A DNA stretch of 38,612 bases from Spirogloea muscicola. Taxonomy: Eukaryota. Below, in pieces: positions 9,270 through 21,234 of the stretch. The stretch is from NCBI GenBank assembly GCA_009602725.1, contig WELB01000020.1, forward strand, positions 732,824 to 771,435, read 5' to 3'. Both the position numbers and the translations under genes were made by a program. How positions within the stretch are numbered: the stretch's first letter is position 1; each line of letters starts with the position of its first letter. The notes under the pieces were generated by a model, which was given only the letters and a program-made list of their open reading frames with translations, did not search any database and was not told where the DNA came from.

Positions 9270-12200
9270 TCACTTTGGCTGAAAGTGGGAGCGAAGGCCC
9301 AGCCAGCACTTGTAGTAGTCCTTGTCCAGCTCGGGAGATTGCAAGGCCGCCTCCGTGACCCTGGGCATGAAGGATGTCTCAAACATGAAGGCCAGCGTAT
9401 CGTCGGACAACTTCTCTGGCTTGCTCTCTTCCGCCGATGCCACTGCAGTCTGAAGAACAACCAATCGGGAGAGGTATGAGAAGCAAGCCAGGCGTGAGGA
9501 ATACAATGATGGAACTCGAATACGACAGAAAGATATCTTTGCTTACTCTTAATATGACAACCTTCTGCGCAAGTAGGAAACATTGTAAGAAGTGCAGATG
9601 TCATTACCTCAAATGTCTGCGTATCAGGCCCATGAGGGGTCATGCAGCTGTGCAAGCTGGCTCCTCCTGGCAGGAACCCCTCTGCTTTTGCCTGTAGACA
9701 CACTTGGAAGGTAAGTCAGGCGCCGGCTTGCCCGAGATAGAATGGAGTGCAGGCGGCCTCTAATTGCATGCCATCGGATGTGACACTCCAGGACCTCTCT
9801 CTGACAAGCGAGCCGGCACTGAGGCGAGCAATGCCAGATTTGACATATGACTAGTCTGTGGGTGTCACTAATTCTGCAAGAATCAGACAATAACCTCGTA
9901 AACGCCACGTATGAGGCCCATGAATTCGGACATTGCGTTGCGGTGGTAGTACGGTGGCCGGAAGGTGTGCTCTGCCACCGTCCACCTGCACTCACAGGCA
10001 GGCAGCGAAGGTCACCAGCTTGATCGCACGAATCTCCTTCAGAGGGAAGAGGTAGGAATGGCCCTGAGGCTAACCTGGGGGGAAAGACGACAAAGTCAAC
10101 CACCGCCACACCCGGCCGGCTGGAGGGGCAGGTCAAAACTGTCACATCACATGCTAAAAATCATTTGATTACGCCAAGGCAAGCAGAATGTGTCCCCGTT
10201 CACATCATGCTGTGAAGCTTTTCCATCTGATGTCCAGGCAGCCATGAGGTCCTGCCTATGTGTTGAGCATTAGTGGCAATTTACTTCTGATCCAAAGGTC
10301 TACGCAGCACGACCATGCACCCCGCAAGCACCCGCTGCACAAAGCATCCTTAGATGGTGTCCTTTGACATGGTGACGGGGAGCACCAGTAAAAATAGATG
10401 GGTCGGGGTGGTCAAATGCCACGGCATTCATGGGGCAGAATCTGGAAAGATTGTACTGCAGAGGAGTGCAAGTTACTTGGAGGTGTCTCAGCCACTGCCC
10501 AGCCTACACTATGTAATAATTTCTGCGTCTAACTTCCCAACATGACACAGTATGAGGCAAAGAAAGGATTCCAGAAGTATGCTGCATCAAGGATTCCAGA
10601 AGTATGCTGCATACATGCATGCTTGACATGGGCAACAGCTGTCAGAAGCTCAGCAACGAACTGACGGTGGGGCTTCTCCACCTTATATGGAGTGTAGTTG
10701 CCATGCCAGGCAACCACATTGAACGGCGAGAAATCTTGGCGTGCCTCAAAGAGTGCTCCGTCAAACTTGTGTATGATCCGGAAGCTTGGGCGGGGGGTGT
10801 CCTCGTACCAGGCCAAGGGCACCAGGAAGTCCCGTGGGTTGGCAAGGCCATTGGCACCTGGGCCCAGCCAGCACGCCTGCTGTACCCATGTCAAGACTCC
10901 GGGTACAGACCAAGCAAATCCTCTTTGGACAAACAAGTACAAGCCCTGAACCCCAAGTTCTTGTTCATACTTGCTGTAGCTCTACATCCTGAAGACTCCA
11001 GAAGCATTTCTCATGATGGTGGGTTGCCAATGTTGTGAGATGCAGTCTTCCTGTAATGCACAGAGCCACTCACCAATTGGCCCTAGGTCCGGCAGCTGGA
11101 AGTGGCCGCCAAACACTTCGCAGATGTACCCACGTGACGGCCCATCGGGAAGGTCGACAGAGAAGCGCATGCCCATGGGAAGAACGATGATCTCGCCGGG
11201 GAGCACTTGCAGGCGACCGAACTCAGTGGTTACATTGAGCCCTGGGACAAAGTGTACGTGCTTGTCTCGAAAGTGGTCAGTACCTTGCAGTTATAATTGG
11301 GCGAGCATGTGGATATTGCACTATGACGTGACCCTTCAGCCCTGCAGCCAAACATGCTCATTGCATAGTGACAAATGAGCAGCCTTTAATAGACAGAGGT
11401 GTCCAGCATCAGTGAAAGGTAGCGTAGGTGTCACAGAGTGAGGGCAGAGGGCCACAACAACAACTGTGGCAAGGTCAATAGGTGAACAGTGAGGGAAAGA
11501 TGGCGTGTCCAAGCAGCCAGCCTTCAAAGGGGGCTTGACTTCGATGGCAGATGGTGTGAAGCAAGCAAGGAAGACAAGGAGATGAGAGAAGTCGCTCACG
11601 TCCTAGCTGGGGTACGACCAGGAAGGTGCCGTCAGCATTGGCCAGTGCATTGTCCTTCATTGACGTATTGGCCACGTACCTGCACGCTCGGGCAGATTGC
11701 TGCTGCCGATTCAGCCCTGTAGGCGAGCACTACAGGAGACTCACGCCCAGCCTGGCCCACAGACAACGTTACCGATGGCGAGCGTAGAGGCCAGCAACCA
11801 ATAGATAAGGTGTCACGACAAACCCCTGGTGCGAATGCACCATACCAAGCTCTGACGAAACAAGCACTTGCCCACGTGTCATGCACGTGCACGAACGTAG
11901 CCAGCAGGATAGAGGGAATGGGAGGCGGGGGCAAAGGCGGTGGCAAGTATGAGGGAAGGCGGGAAATGCAAGGAAAGGCAAGATAAGGCAATGCAAGCGA
12001 GGTGGGCGGAGGGTAGCCGGGGTCTGACATATGCACCGCGATGCCGGTGCGGAGCGAGGGGCTTCCGGCGCAGCACATGGTCGTGAGGCCCCGCACGAAG
12101 TCGCGGGGGTCCTCGGCGGCCGGCAGCACTGGCGGCGGCCGCCAGCGCAGCTGGTTCGGGGTGGGGGCGGCGGCGGCAGCGCCGGCCAGGCCCGGCGCGG

Positions 12201-12783
12201 CCTCCGGGCTGCACGGCTGGAAGGGCTCGTGGGTCACCGAGGGCTTGATGCGGTACAGCCAGCTGCACGGCAGCAATAAAAGATGGACATCATGCGGCTA
12301 CTGATTTTTAAAGAGCGGCTGTGAAAGCCAGCCAAGTGCATGCAGAGGGTGCTCATGGCAGCAATGGAGGCCAGCCGAGGACATTTCTGTTTTCCCAGTC
12401 TAGTCAACGCCGTCATAGCCACGGCCAGGCCCCGCACGACCGCGACGGCGGCGGCGACGAGGGCGGCGGCGGCGGCGTCGGCGTCGGTAACTTTCTATGA
12501 AGATTATTGTAAGGTAAGTTCCACCCGATTCTGAGTGATAAGGTGCGAGGTTCGAGCGCGGGACCTGCGGAGAGAGTCGCGACGGGGGACGGTGAAGGCG
12601 GTGCCACTGAGCTGCTCGGCATAGAGGCCGCGCGGCGGCGGCGCGGGGCTGTTTTGCCCCACCGGCAGCGCGCCAGCCATCGCCTCGCCCACGTGGTGGT
12701 TCCCAAACCCGCTCTGGTACGCCAACGACTCGAAGGCCCCATCTCCGCCGCCGCCGCCGATGCCGCCGCCGCCACCCCCGCCG

Positions 12784-12850
<67 letters not shown>

Positions 12851-12890
12851 CGCAGGCGGCGGCCGTCGCTGGCGGCGGCAGGTCGGCCAT
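9270..12890 (-). CDS. HGO: Homogentisate 1,2-dioxygenase
   Basis: Ten exons: 12890-12565, 12262-12029, 11679-11600, 11241-11074, 10857-10682, 10455-10386, 10138-10075, 9985-9895, 9691-9608, 9449-9270, all GT-AG. Motifs [119 protein letters not shown] and LAFMFE. Confidence 0.96.
12294..12344 (-). repeat. Subfamily F 3'-terminal mini-copy in HGO intron 1
   Basis: Minus strand TGCATGCACTTGGCTGGCTTTCACAGCCGCTCTTTAAAAATCAGTAGCCGC, similar to 221-272 and to 23495-23543. Confidence 0.65.
12785..12850. repeat. T66 homopolymer (A66 on the HGO coding strand) inside exon 1
   Basis: 66 consecutive T. The run is in frame (poly-Lys), and removing it leaves TGC GGC GGC in frame. Confidence 0.9.
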
Positions 12891-13122
12891 AGCCGCCGCC
12901 GCCGCCGCCGGAAACGAAAGACTCGCCGCGGCTCTCGCGGCGCCCGGTGCGGCGCGATATGCGGGCGCGTGCCGCGTGGTCGGCCTTCCGTGTCCACGCT
13001 TGAGCGACTAGTGACGATACCGCTGCGCCGGCTGACTTGGCGCTGCCCTGGCGAGCATCAGACCCCGAGCGTCAGTGCTCATCAATTCATGCCCGCCCAC
13101 GTTCGGTACTAACAGTTGCTAC

Positions 13123-13245
13123 GTAGAGAAGGCGCGCGGAGCGCATGAATTGATGGCAAGGCCAATGCAAGCCAATCCAGTGTTCAGGCCGTGTCTAGTG
13201 CAAAGTAAACAAGGCTACGCAGTACGGGGTCCTCAACTAAGGTGC
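13123..13245 (-). mobile_element. Class II 3'-UTR fragment of the RLE retroelements
   Basis: Minus strand ends ATTGGCTTGCATTGGCCTTGCC...CATGCGCTCCGCGCGCC-TTCTCT and is collinear with 31950-32070. Confidence 0.75.
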
Positions 13246-13759
13246 GAAAGACGAAATGAGGGCAATGATACGCCTATTACAGGAGGTGCCTGTGCGGGCA
13301 CAGGGGGATGTTTACTGTGCGCAGACACGCCAATTTTCAAAGCGTGACATGAAGTTGGCTGGAGAGCAGCTAGAACAGACTGGGAGCCATAGATCCGATG
13401 GGATGCGGTCGGAAGGTGTTGCAGTGATTGCTCAAGCAGGCGCTTGACTAGTACGTGATCGTCATGGCTTGCAAGCCTGCAGCAAGACTGTTAAGTTCGT
13501 GCAAAGGAAGGGGGCCAACGAGGAAATAGTGAGTTGAGTCGCTTACTGATACTGGCAATGGCGGCCATCATGTCAGCCATATCATCATGAAAGCTTCACA
13601 TCATGCGACACCCCAAGGGGCATGCTACAAGCTTGCTTCCATCGGAACACAAATCCTAAGCAACGTCTTCCTGAAGCGCAGCTGAATGCTGAAGATTACT
13701 CGGTGCCATTGTTATGCTGCTGCTTGACTCGTCTTTGTGCACACTATCTTGCACTGGTA

Positions 13760-13905
13760 GGAAGAGAGAAAGGCGCGCGGTGCGCGTAAAAACGGAAGGG
13801 AGGCCAATACAATCCTTACAATAGTCCTGGTAACGGGGCAATAAGCTGTTGGCTATGGGGGTCACTGCTACCCACGAGTGAGCACATGCATACCTGACAA
13901 GCTCA
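13760..13905 (-). mobile_element. Class II 3' end (ORF tail SLSGMHVLTRG* plus 3' UTR)
   Basis: Collinear with 21043-21172. Ends ATTGGCCTCCCTTCC...CCGCGCGCC-TTTCTCTCTTCC. Confidence 0.7.
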
Positions 13906-14784
13906 TCTGAGGAGCAAGAGCACCACCACACAAGCCGATATTAGCCTGGCCTAGTGCGCACCCAGCACGCTGGTGTAACGTGAATGCCTGGAAGCGCTGC
14001 AGACTCAGTAGAAGCCGCAATATATGACAAGCAACTATTGCTTGCGGGACGCTAGCATGCCCTAAGCTACCCGCTCAAGCATGTTGGCGGGCATCGACAA
14101 GCTGTGCGAGGCGATGGAGGAGGGAAGACCATTTCATTTTGTAGCCGCCGTAAATATACGAAGCTGTCTCACTCATGAAGTGAGATGAGTAATGCGTTTG
14201 TCTCAGAAGCTTTGCACAACTTTGTGTGACATGCATCGTAAACGTTTCAAGTGCAGTTGCAAATTGAACAAAAGAAGCATATACAATACTCATTGCCTTT
14301 TTAAGGTTGACAAGTAGCCCAGCTTCTTCTGCAGTAGGTGCCAACCTTTCCACGACTTAAGACATGTACATGGTCTAAGGCAGGATCACTTTCTGGCACA
14401 GCTCCTAACACTCAAGCACCAGATCCTGCATCGTGAAATCTTTATCTAAACACAATGCTGCAAGAGACAAATCGCAAGATGAACGGTAGATGTCAGGAGC
14501 TGGCTAAGTATATCCCTGCATACACAAGGTGAACCTTAAGCAATCTAAGCAATCCAAGCAATCCACACGCTCACGGTCTCCTGTAGGGAGCTCATCTCTT
14601 GGGGGATGTAACGATCCCACCGCTTAGCTACGCCAAGAGGTGCTGGTAACCCAATTGCCCGTGTAAGTAGCTGTCGGCAAGGTCAACAAATTCCAAGGCC
14701 GGTACCCGATTGACGGGCAAGCGGCCCGCCGAGGCACGGGCCAGTTTAGGTCAGCCAGGTGCATACAGAGGCTGGGTTGCGGAA

Positions 14785-15720
14785 AGAAATTGCTCGCCCA
14801 TAGAAGTAGAGAGGCAAGCAAAGCCAGCCCAGAAAAGAAAGAGGCAAAATTAGCTACACATCCTTGAGCACGTAAGTGGATGTCTTATCCTTTTTGTGTC
14901 TGGCCTTTCACAGCCGTCGCACGCTTTGGGAGATGCGCCTTTTCTTTCACATCCATCAGCCCTCTTTTGAGGGGAAAAAGAAGCACAATAGAAACAGCTA
15001 CTTCTCTCCATCGGCCCTTTCAGACCTTATTCAAATCATTTGCACGGCGGACCATCAGTCGTCGTCAGGGACAGCAAGGGACAGCTTCACTGCCGCCGAG
15101 TCGCTTGACCAGGTTTCCGCATGCGGCTCTCCATCTTGTCTAGCTTTTCCAGGCTCATGCAGTGCACTTGCAGGCAGGCCGCGCTTTGGCTTCTGCTTCT
15201 TTGCCATCGCCCTCTACTGGAAGAGTCTTTCTTCCGTGTTTCATCGGTGTGTCTCTTCATCCAGCTGCAAGGTACCCCGACTTGCGGCTGCTGATCAGGG
15301 GTTACTGAGCTCCCATTTACTGTTGCCACTGGCGTAGCTGTGTGGTATCAGCACCTCTCGGCACTTCTAACCTTGTCTGTAACATGTGGGCCGGCTTTTC
15401 ACTGGCCTTACATTGGAAGAGCTTTTGCGTTTCACAGCCCTCGCCCCCTTCGGAAACGTTTTCCTTCTTTTCAAAGCCATCATCCCCTTTGTACATAGCT
15501 GTCACATTTGGGCTGGCCTCTCACCGCCATCACAGTAATCTAATAGAAGAAAGTGCTCGCCCATTGAGAATAGGGGCTGGAACAACCAGCCCGAAAAAGA
15601 ATGAACAGAGTACGAGAAGGGGGCCAGGGGAAGCGCTAAGCAACAGAAACAAAGCAGCTACGAGACACTCAGTAACCCCTGCTAAGCAGCCGCAAATCAG
15701 AAATGCTGGGCTCCTGGAAT
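14785..15720. mobile_element. Cluster of retroelement 3'-end fragments on both strands
   Basis: Minus module about 14785-14835, plus module about 14880-14948, plus copy about 15275-15530 (DLRLLIRGY* then stacked hairpin modules), and a minus subfamily A 3' end at 15546-15718. Confidence 0.7.
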
Positions 15721-16367
15721 CTAATAGAGCTGCTTCTTACTTTCTCACAGCCATTGCCTCACCTTCACCGCGCAGTTTCTTCAACAGCCTCGGTTCCAGA
15801 CACCGACAGTGTTGGCCACGTCGGCATGGATGTTGACGTCGACGTTGGCGCACGCCTTTAGGGGTCGTTGCCCGACGGCGTAGGGGGCCGCCGCGGCGGC
15901 AAACAATCCGGCGGCGCCGCAGATCGATTCAAACCGCCCCCCCCCGCGCAGCCTTCGGGCACTTCTGCTCGCGAGCTTCCCCTCCGGACCAGGCGCCGCC
16001 GCCGCACGCACCGCTGCCGCCGTCGCCGCCGCCGCCGCCGCCGCGCGCGCGGCGTCTCACGGGCGCGCGGCAGCTCGGGCAGCCCTCACGGATGTGAACA
16101 CGACCCTCCGGCTCCAATCTTCCGCTCGCGCGGAATGTATTTATCAACAGAACTGATTTATCCTGTTGGCGGGGAAGACAGTACTTCCGTCACATTTTCT
16201 GGGTTCCCCGGCGCCGCCGCTCTGCACGGCCGTCGGATGAGATCGCGCCGGCGCATCTTGGCCGTCAGCCTTCGGACCCTACCACGGTTTCCAGGGTTTG
16301 ACGAAGAAGTGGGGTTTTAGGACCATACCTTCGCCAACCCAACTCCAGGTACCAGTCCCCCGCAGCN

Positions 16368-19300
16368 GGGGCGCAGCCCCCGCACGCCGCGCCTGGGCGC
16401 GCTGCGGGGCCCGCCCCGCTCGCTCCGCCAGCACCTCGGCGGCTACCTCGCCTGGCTGCTCTACAAGCGCCCCCGCTACGTCGCCCTCCTCCTCCTCGTC
16501 TACGCCGCCTTCACCTGGACGTACGCCGGCTACGTCTCGAGCGTCCTCCCGGACGGCGTCCAGGACCTCCTGTCATCCGACGCCGTCGCTGTCGCCCGCC
16601 CCCCGCCGCTGCCCGGCTCTGTGTACCAGAGCCCCGACATATACCGGCGACTGCAGCTCGAGCTCCGTCGCGAGCACGAGAACGCAACCTTTGGGGTGGG
16701 TGCCTTTGCTGCACCGTCATCTGTTGTCATTGACGACTTGCTGGAGTCGTCATGTGCCATCTCCATGTGTGGCTACTGCAAGTCGATTACTGAAGACCGT
16801 TCTTCAGTAACCGAAGAAGAAGACCGTTAAGTACTGAAGACCGTTAAATCAACATTGCTGCCTGCATCCCACCTGACCAAGCAATATGCTACATTCATCA
16901 GGAGATGCAAGTGTGGAAACAGCCGCTGCCAGGCGAGGAGTGGCGCCCGTGCGCCGCCCGCGGCCGAGACGAGGCGGGGGCTGACTGTCTCCCTTCTCGA
17001 GCTGTAGCTGCTTCCATTGACACTTGCGGTAGCAGAGCCTAATGGGGCTCCGTTTGCAAGCGCGCAGGCTTACCCGAAAAGACCAATGGGTTCATCATCG
17101 TTAGCGCTAATGGCGGCCTCAACCAGCAGCGCTCTTCGGTACGCTCACCTTTTCCATGCTTCCTACTTATCGTACGCCCCTTGAGAACCTCTATGACCCT
17201 CCTCTATGCTCATCCCAGACCCTCCTCTATGCTCATCCCAGAACCTTTGCGGGGTCTCCTCTGCACAGATCTGCAATGCTGTCGCTGTGGCACGACTGCT
17301 CAATGCGACACTCGTTGTGCCGCACTTCCATTACAACCCCATCTGGAAGGATCCCAGGTGCTGACACTACTCTCTGCTCGCCGTCCTGCTTCGCTTTTGG
17401 TATCACTTTGATAGCACATTCTCATGGCCCTACATTGTTTCCCCTGCAAACACCCTGCAGCTCGTTTGGCGACATCTTCGATGAAGAGCATTTCATCTCG
17501 TCTCTGGCGAATGACGTGCGCATCGTCAAGGAGCTGCCACCGGATGTGCTGGAGGGCCTCGGCGAGACAGTGCAGGGCTTCAAGGTCCGCATCGCCGCAT
17601 GGGCGCCCGCCAGCTTCTACCTCGAGAATGTCCTTCCACAGCTGCTCGAAGCAAGGTCTCTGCCCTGGAACCCCACTGCAATCACAGTGTTGGTGTAGCC
17701 ATGCATTGCCCAAATTTGCTACTGGCCTCATCTTACCCTGCTTCCTTTCTCCTCCTCCTCTTGCTTCATCTTATAGCTGCACCCATAAATTTATCAGTGA
17801 GAATCGTTTTCTTAGGCTCTAGCCGCCGTTGCAGCAGATGCTTATCACTGTCATGATAATTCTTGCTGAGTGCAGGGTCATTCGCTTCTCGCCCTTCGCC
17901 AATCGGCTGTCCTACGACGGCATCCCCCCCGACATACAGCGGCTGCGGTGCCGCGTCAATTTTGAGGCGCTCCGCTTCGCGCCACCCATTGCTGCTGCCG
18001 CAGCCCGGCTCGGGCAGCGCCTGCGTGAGCGGGCCCGGCATGATAAGGGCCTGTACGTTGCTGTCCACCTACGCTTTGAGAAGGTGCAGGCTCACTGCAG
18101 CACCTTCTGCAGATTCCCAGTGCAGTTGTGATCTTGAGTCCAACTTCTAGGCACACGGTGCCCTTTTATAATCTGGATAGGATAGAGCTTCAGGTATCGA
18201 ACAACTAAGAACCATGCTCCTCTTGATCAGATAGTGATGATCAGGCCTTCAGACAGTCCCCTGTCAGTATGCTTGCCTATTTGCTTGCCAGTATTTGGCT
18301 TTTCAGACAAGCAGGTGATCTTGGCCTTGTGAATGAAGGACATGATTGCCTTCTCAAACTGCGTGTACGATGGCGGGCCTGATGAAAAGCGGGAGATGGA
18401 TGAGTTTCGCGAGTACGGGTGGCGTGGCAAGTTCTCTAAGCCGGGCCGCAAGCACATAGATCCTGGCGAGCGGAGGCGGGATGGCAAGTGCCCCCTCACT
18501 CCGCTGGAGGTATGCCTTCGACTTTCAGACTGTGCCACTTGCCTCCCACTTGCCCTGCAGGACTTGGCAGCAGGTCACTGAGCAGTCTTGGCCGTTGTCT
18601 TTCTCAGGTTGGCATGATGCTGCGGGGCATGGGCTTCCCCAGCACGACACGCATCTTCATTGCAGCCGGCAAGCTGTACCAGGCGGACCGCAACATGGCG
18701 CCTCTACGTGCCATGTTCCCAGGCTTGCAGAGCAAGGAGTTACTGCTGTCTCGTGAGGAGCTTGCGCCATTCCAGGTCCGTGTTGGCCACTCTCTTGCTG
18801 GTTGGGCCCAGCCCTTGCAGATATGCCGCATGTGTGCTGCCTTGATGGAAATTGGCTGGGTTGGCTTTGCTGCTGGGTGCTTGCTGGTTGTCTGCTACCT
18901 TTACTGGGCATGGCTGGATTTCTAGGTGATTAGCTGTGGCAGCTAGTGATCACTGATTGCTCAGTCAAGTCCTCAACCATTAAATTGCTTGGCAAGCAAA
19001 CTTCGTCTTATGTGGACTACAGCTAAGCCCTGCATTAGTGGTGTGTATGTCTCTCATCTGCCAACCTGCAGAATCACTCATCGCGAATGGCAGCGCTGGA
19101 TTATTCAGTGTGCCTGCACAGCGAGGTCTTTGTAACGACGCAGGGTGGCAACTTTCCACAAATCCTGGTCGGCCACCGCCGTTACCTTAATGTCGGCCAT
19201 TGGAAGACAATCCGGCCGGACAAGAGGCGCATGGCTGTACTCCTTGACAACCTCACACTTGAGTGCGGCACCTTTCCTCTCCCTAAAAGCCCCGGCCTCG

Positions 19301-19774
19301 CCCCGCCCTGCCCCTTACCTGTCCCTGGAGCTCCCATCTGTATGGTCACCTTGTTTGGTTGCTTGTCACACTGATCAACGTGCTTACTGTCAATGCAAGT
19401 GCTGCCTGTGCTTACTGCACACTCAAGAAGGCTTCTAAGGGCTACCATTGGGTCTTATAATCAGGTGGGATGATTTCACGAGCAGCATGCTAGCGATGCG
19501 AGAGCACAACGATGTGAAGGGGTGCAATGCCCGCAAGCTCGGCGCATCTGTGTACACCTTCCCAGCTCCCGAGTGCATGTGCCGTGCACAGGTCGCAGCC
19601 ACTCTGCTCTCGCACGGCGGCGCTGCCGAATTGCAGGGCGACCATGGCAAGACCGACCATAACGTGGGGGGCAGTGCAGGTGATAGTAAGCCCCTCTTGC
19701 TGCAGGAGCGGATAGTTGCGCAGGTGGCTGGTGGCGGCGATGATGGCGATCGTGGTGAGGATGAAGACATGTAG
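16368..19774 (+). CDS. Plant O-fucosyltransferase family (DUF246/GT106-like) Golgi type II membrane protein; start uncertain at N 16367
   Basis: Exons <16368-16695 (TM segment [28 protein letters not shown]), 16902-~16973, ~17068-17138, 17269-17357, 17461-17655, 17876-18083, 18339-18509, 18608-18775, 19072-19262, 19465-19774. Motifs [87 protein letters not shown] and PECMC. Confidence 0.93.
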
Positions 19775-20444
19775 CTCTTAAGACCTGCTGCCGCTGTTGC
19801 TACAAGTGCATCTCAACACTCAGTGAGTGAAGGTGCTGCTCACTTACTTAGTGCAAGCCGAGATGCCAATTTCTGTATATGTGCCTAGAAGTCCTCGAAA
19901 TCTGTATCTCCAGAGCCGTCCAGCTTGCAGCAGCTGGTCCTGCTGTGGAGCACTTTAGCACCTTCATTCACTGTGGCACTAATAGTGCAACAGCATACAG
20001 GCCAGTCATTGGTGTCAGCCCTGGCAACGACAATTCTATTATTCTTTCTGCAGCCTCGCCAATTAGAACAGGCATTGCTGCACGGTCTCAATGACAGAGT
20101 GAGCATGGAGCTCGTGATCATGTGCAAGTTTAGGTCTTCCAACACAGTGAGCACGCCAACAGCTTCTGCAGAGTACTAAGTATGGTTGCTCCAGATTGCC
20201 CAGCTTAGGGGCGACTGCTGGCTGCTGAGTTTGGGTGGACTGAGGAGATAATGCAGGCGAAGTACTTCATGTGACAGGCAGCATTGCTGGTCACACCTTA
20301 GTAAAAATCGATGTTTGTACTAATTGTGGACTGCACACTTCAATTTTGAATAGAGGGATGAAGATGAAGGCGAGTTACAGATATGGATTAACGATGGAGC
20401 AGGGGAGGGTGACAAAAATAAGAGACGATACGGTCTTCGTCTAA

Positions 20445-21040
20445 TGACCTTGTCCGATTCAACTGTGGGCTGGCTGTTTACAGCCCTCGCCCCACTTCGA
20501 AGAGCCGCTTCTTCTGACCTTGGTTGAGCACTTCAGTGCACTTTATGCCCTCTCTACACCCCTAATGAGATTTAAAACAGTGCAAAAATGAATCCCTACC
20601 ATGGCCCACGCCTTGCATCTGGGAGCTGGCGCTCTAGCTGCCTTGTCTACTTATCAGCAAAGGGACTGCTTTCTGGCTGCTACTCTCTTCTATCTTGCAG
20701 CTACTAACTAGGGTTTAACAGGGACCATCCTTGTGGTACTTGCATAGCTGTGTGTGGTTAGCACTTTTCGGCCCCCTCTGGATCTTGTCCTATCTTTTCG
20801 GGCTGGCCATTCACAGCCCTCGCCCCCTTCCCCCCTCTGATTAGCCTGTCAGATTGGCATGTTCTCACTCGTGGTACGTCCCCATTTATTCAGCCTGCAG
20901 CTTCACAGTCACTTCAGCCCCCTTAGCATGGCGCTCTTGTATCATGTAGCCCCCAATTTTGCACTAGCTATTGCCTGAGCATTGTATTGGCTTGATTCAG
21001 CCTCTCTTTGATTTGAAGCCCACAGCGTGCCTTCTCTCCA
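20445..21040 (+). mobile_element. Tandem decayed RLE-element 3' ends (hairpin module, subfamily D, class II)
   Basis: Hairpin module at 20445-20515. MAHALHLGAGALAA at 20601 followed by a 3' UTR with a hairpin at 20799-20819. SLSDWHVLTRG at about 20845 followed by a class II end GCGTGCC-TTCTCTCC. Confidence 0.7.
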
Positions 21041-21042
21041 TG

Positions 21043-21172
21043 GAAGAGAAGGCGCGCGGTAGGCATGAAATTGGAAGGGAGGCCAATTCTACCCTTACAA
21101 ATGTCCTTTAAACTGGGTAATGAGCTGGCTAAGGTGGACATTAGTATCCCCGAGTGAGCACATGCAACAGCT
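21043..21172 (-). mobile_element. Class II 3' end (LHVLTRGY* plus 3' UTR)
   Basis: Ends AATTGGCCTCCCTTCC...CCGCGCGCC-TTCTCTTCC, tail-to-tail with the preceding copy. Confidence 0.75.
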
Positions 21173-21234
21173 TAACCCTGAATGCAGAGTCGACGCTTCA
21201 TCGGGATTTGGCTTTCCTGTGCCCCATGAGAGCT

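Noticed and set aside
12413..13112. Poly-Phe and alternative poly-Lys ORFs
   Set aside because: They are by-products of the T66 run. Only the frame ending at 12890 carries HGO motifs.
15781..16320. GC-rich ORFs upstream of the O-fucosyltransferase
   Set aside because: Low-complexity Arg/Gly/Ala translations without motifs. More likely promoter or 5' UTR, although a short first exon cannot be excluded.
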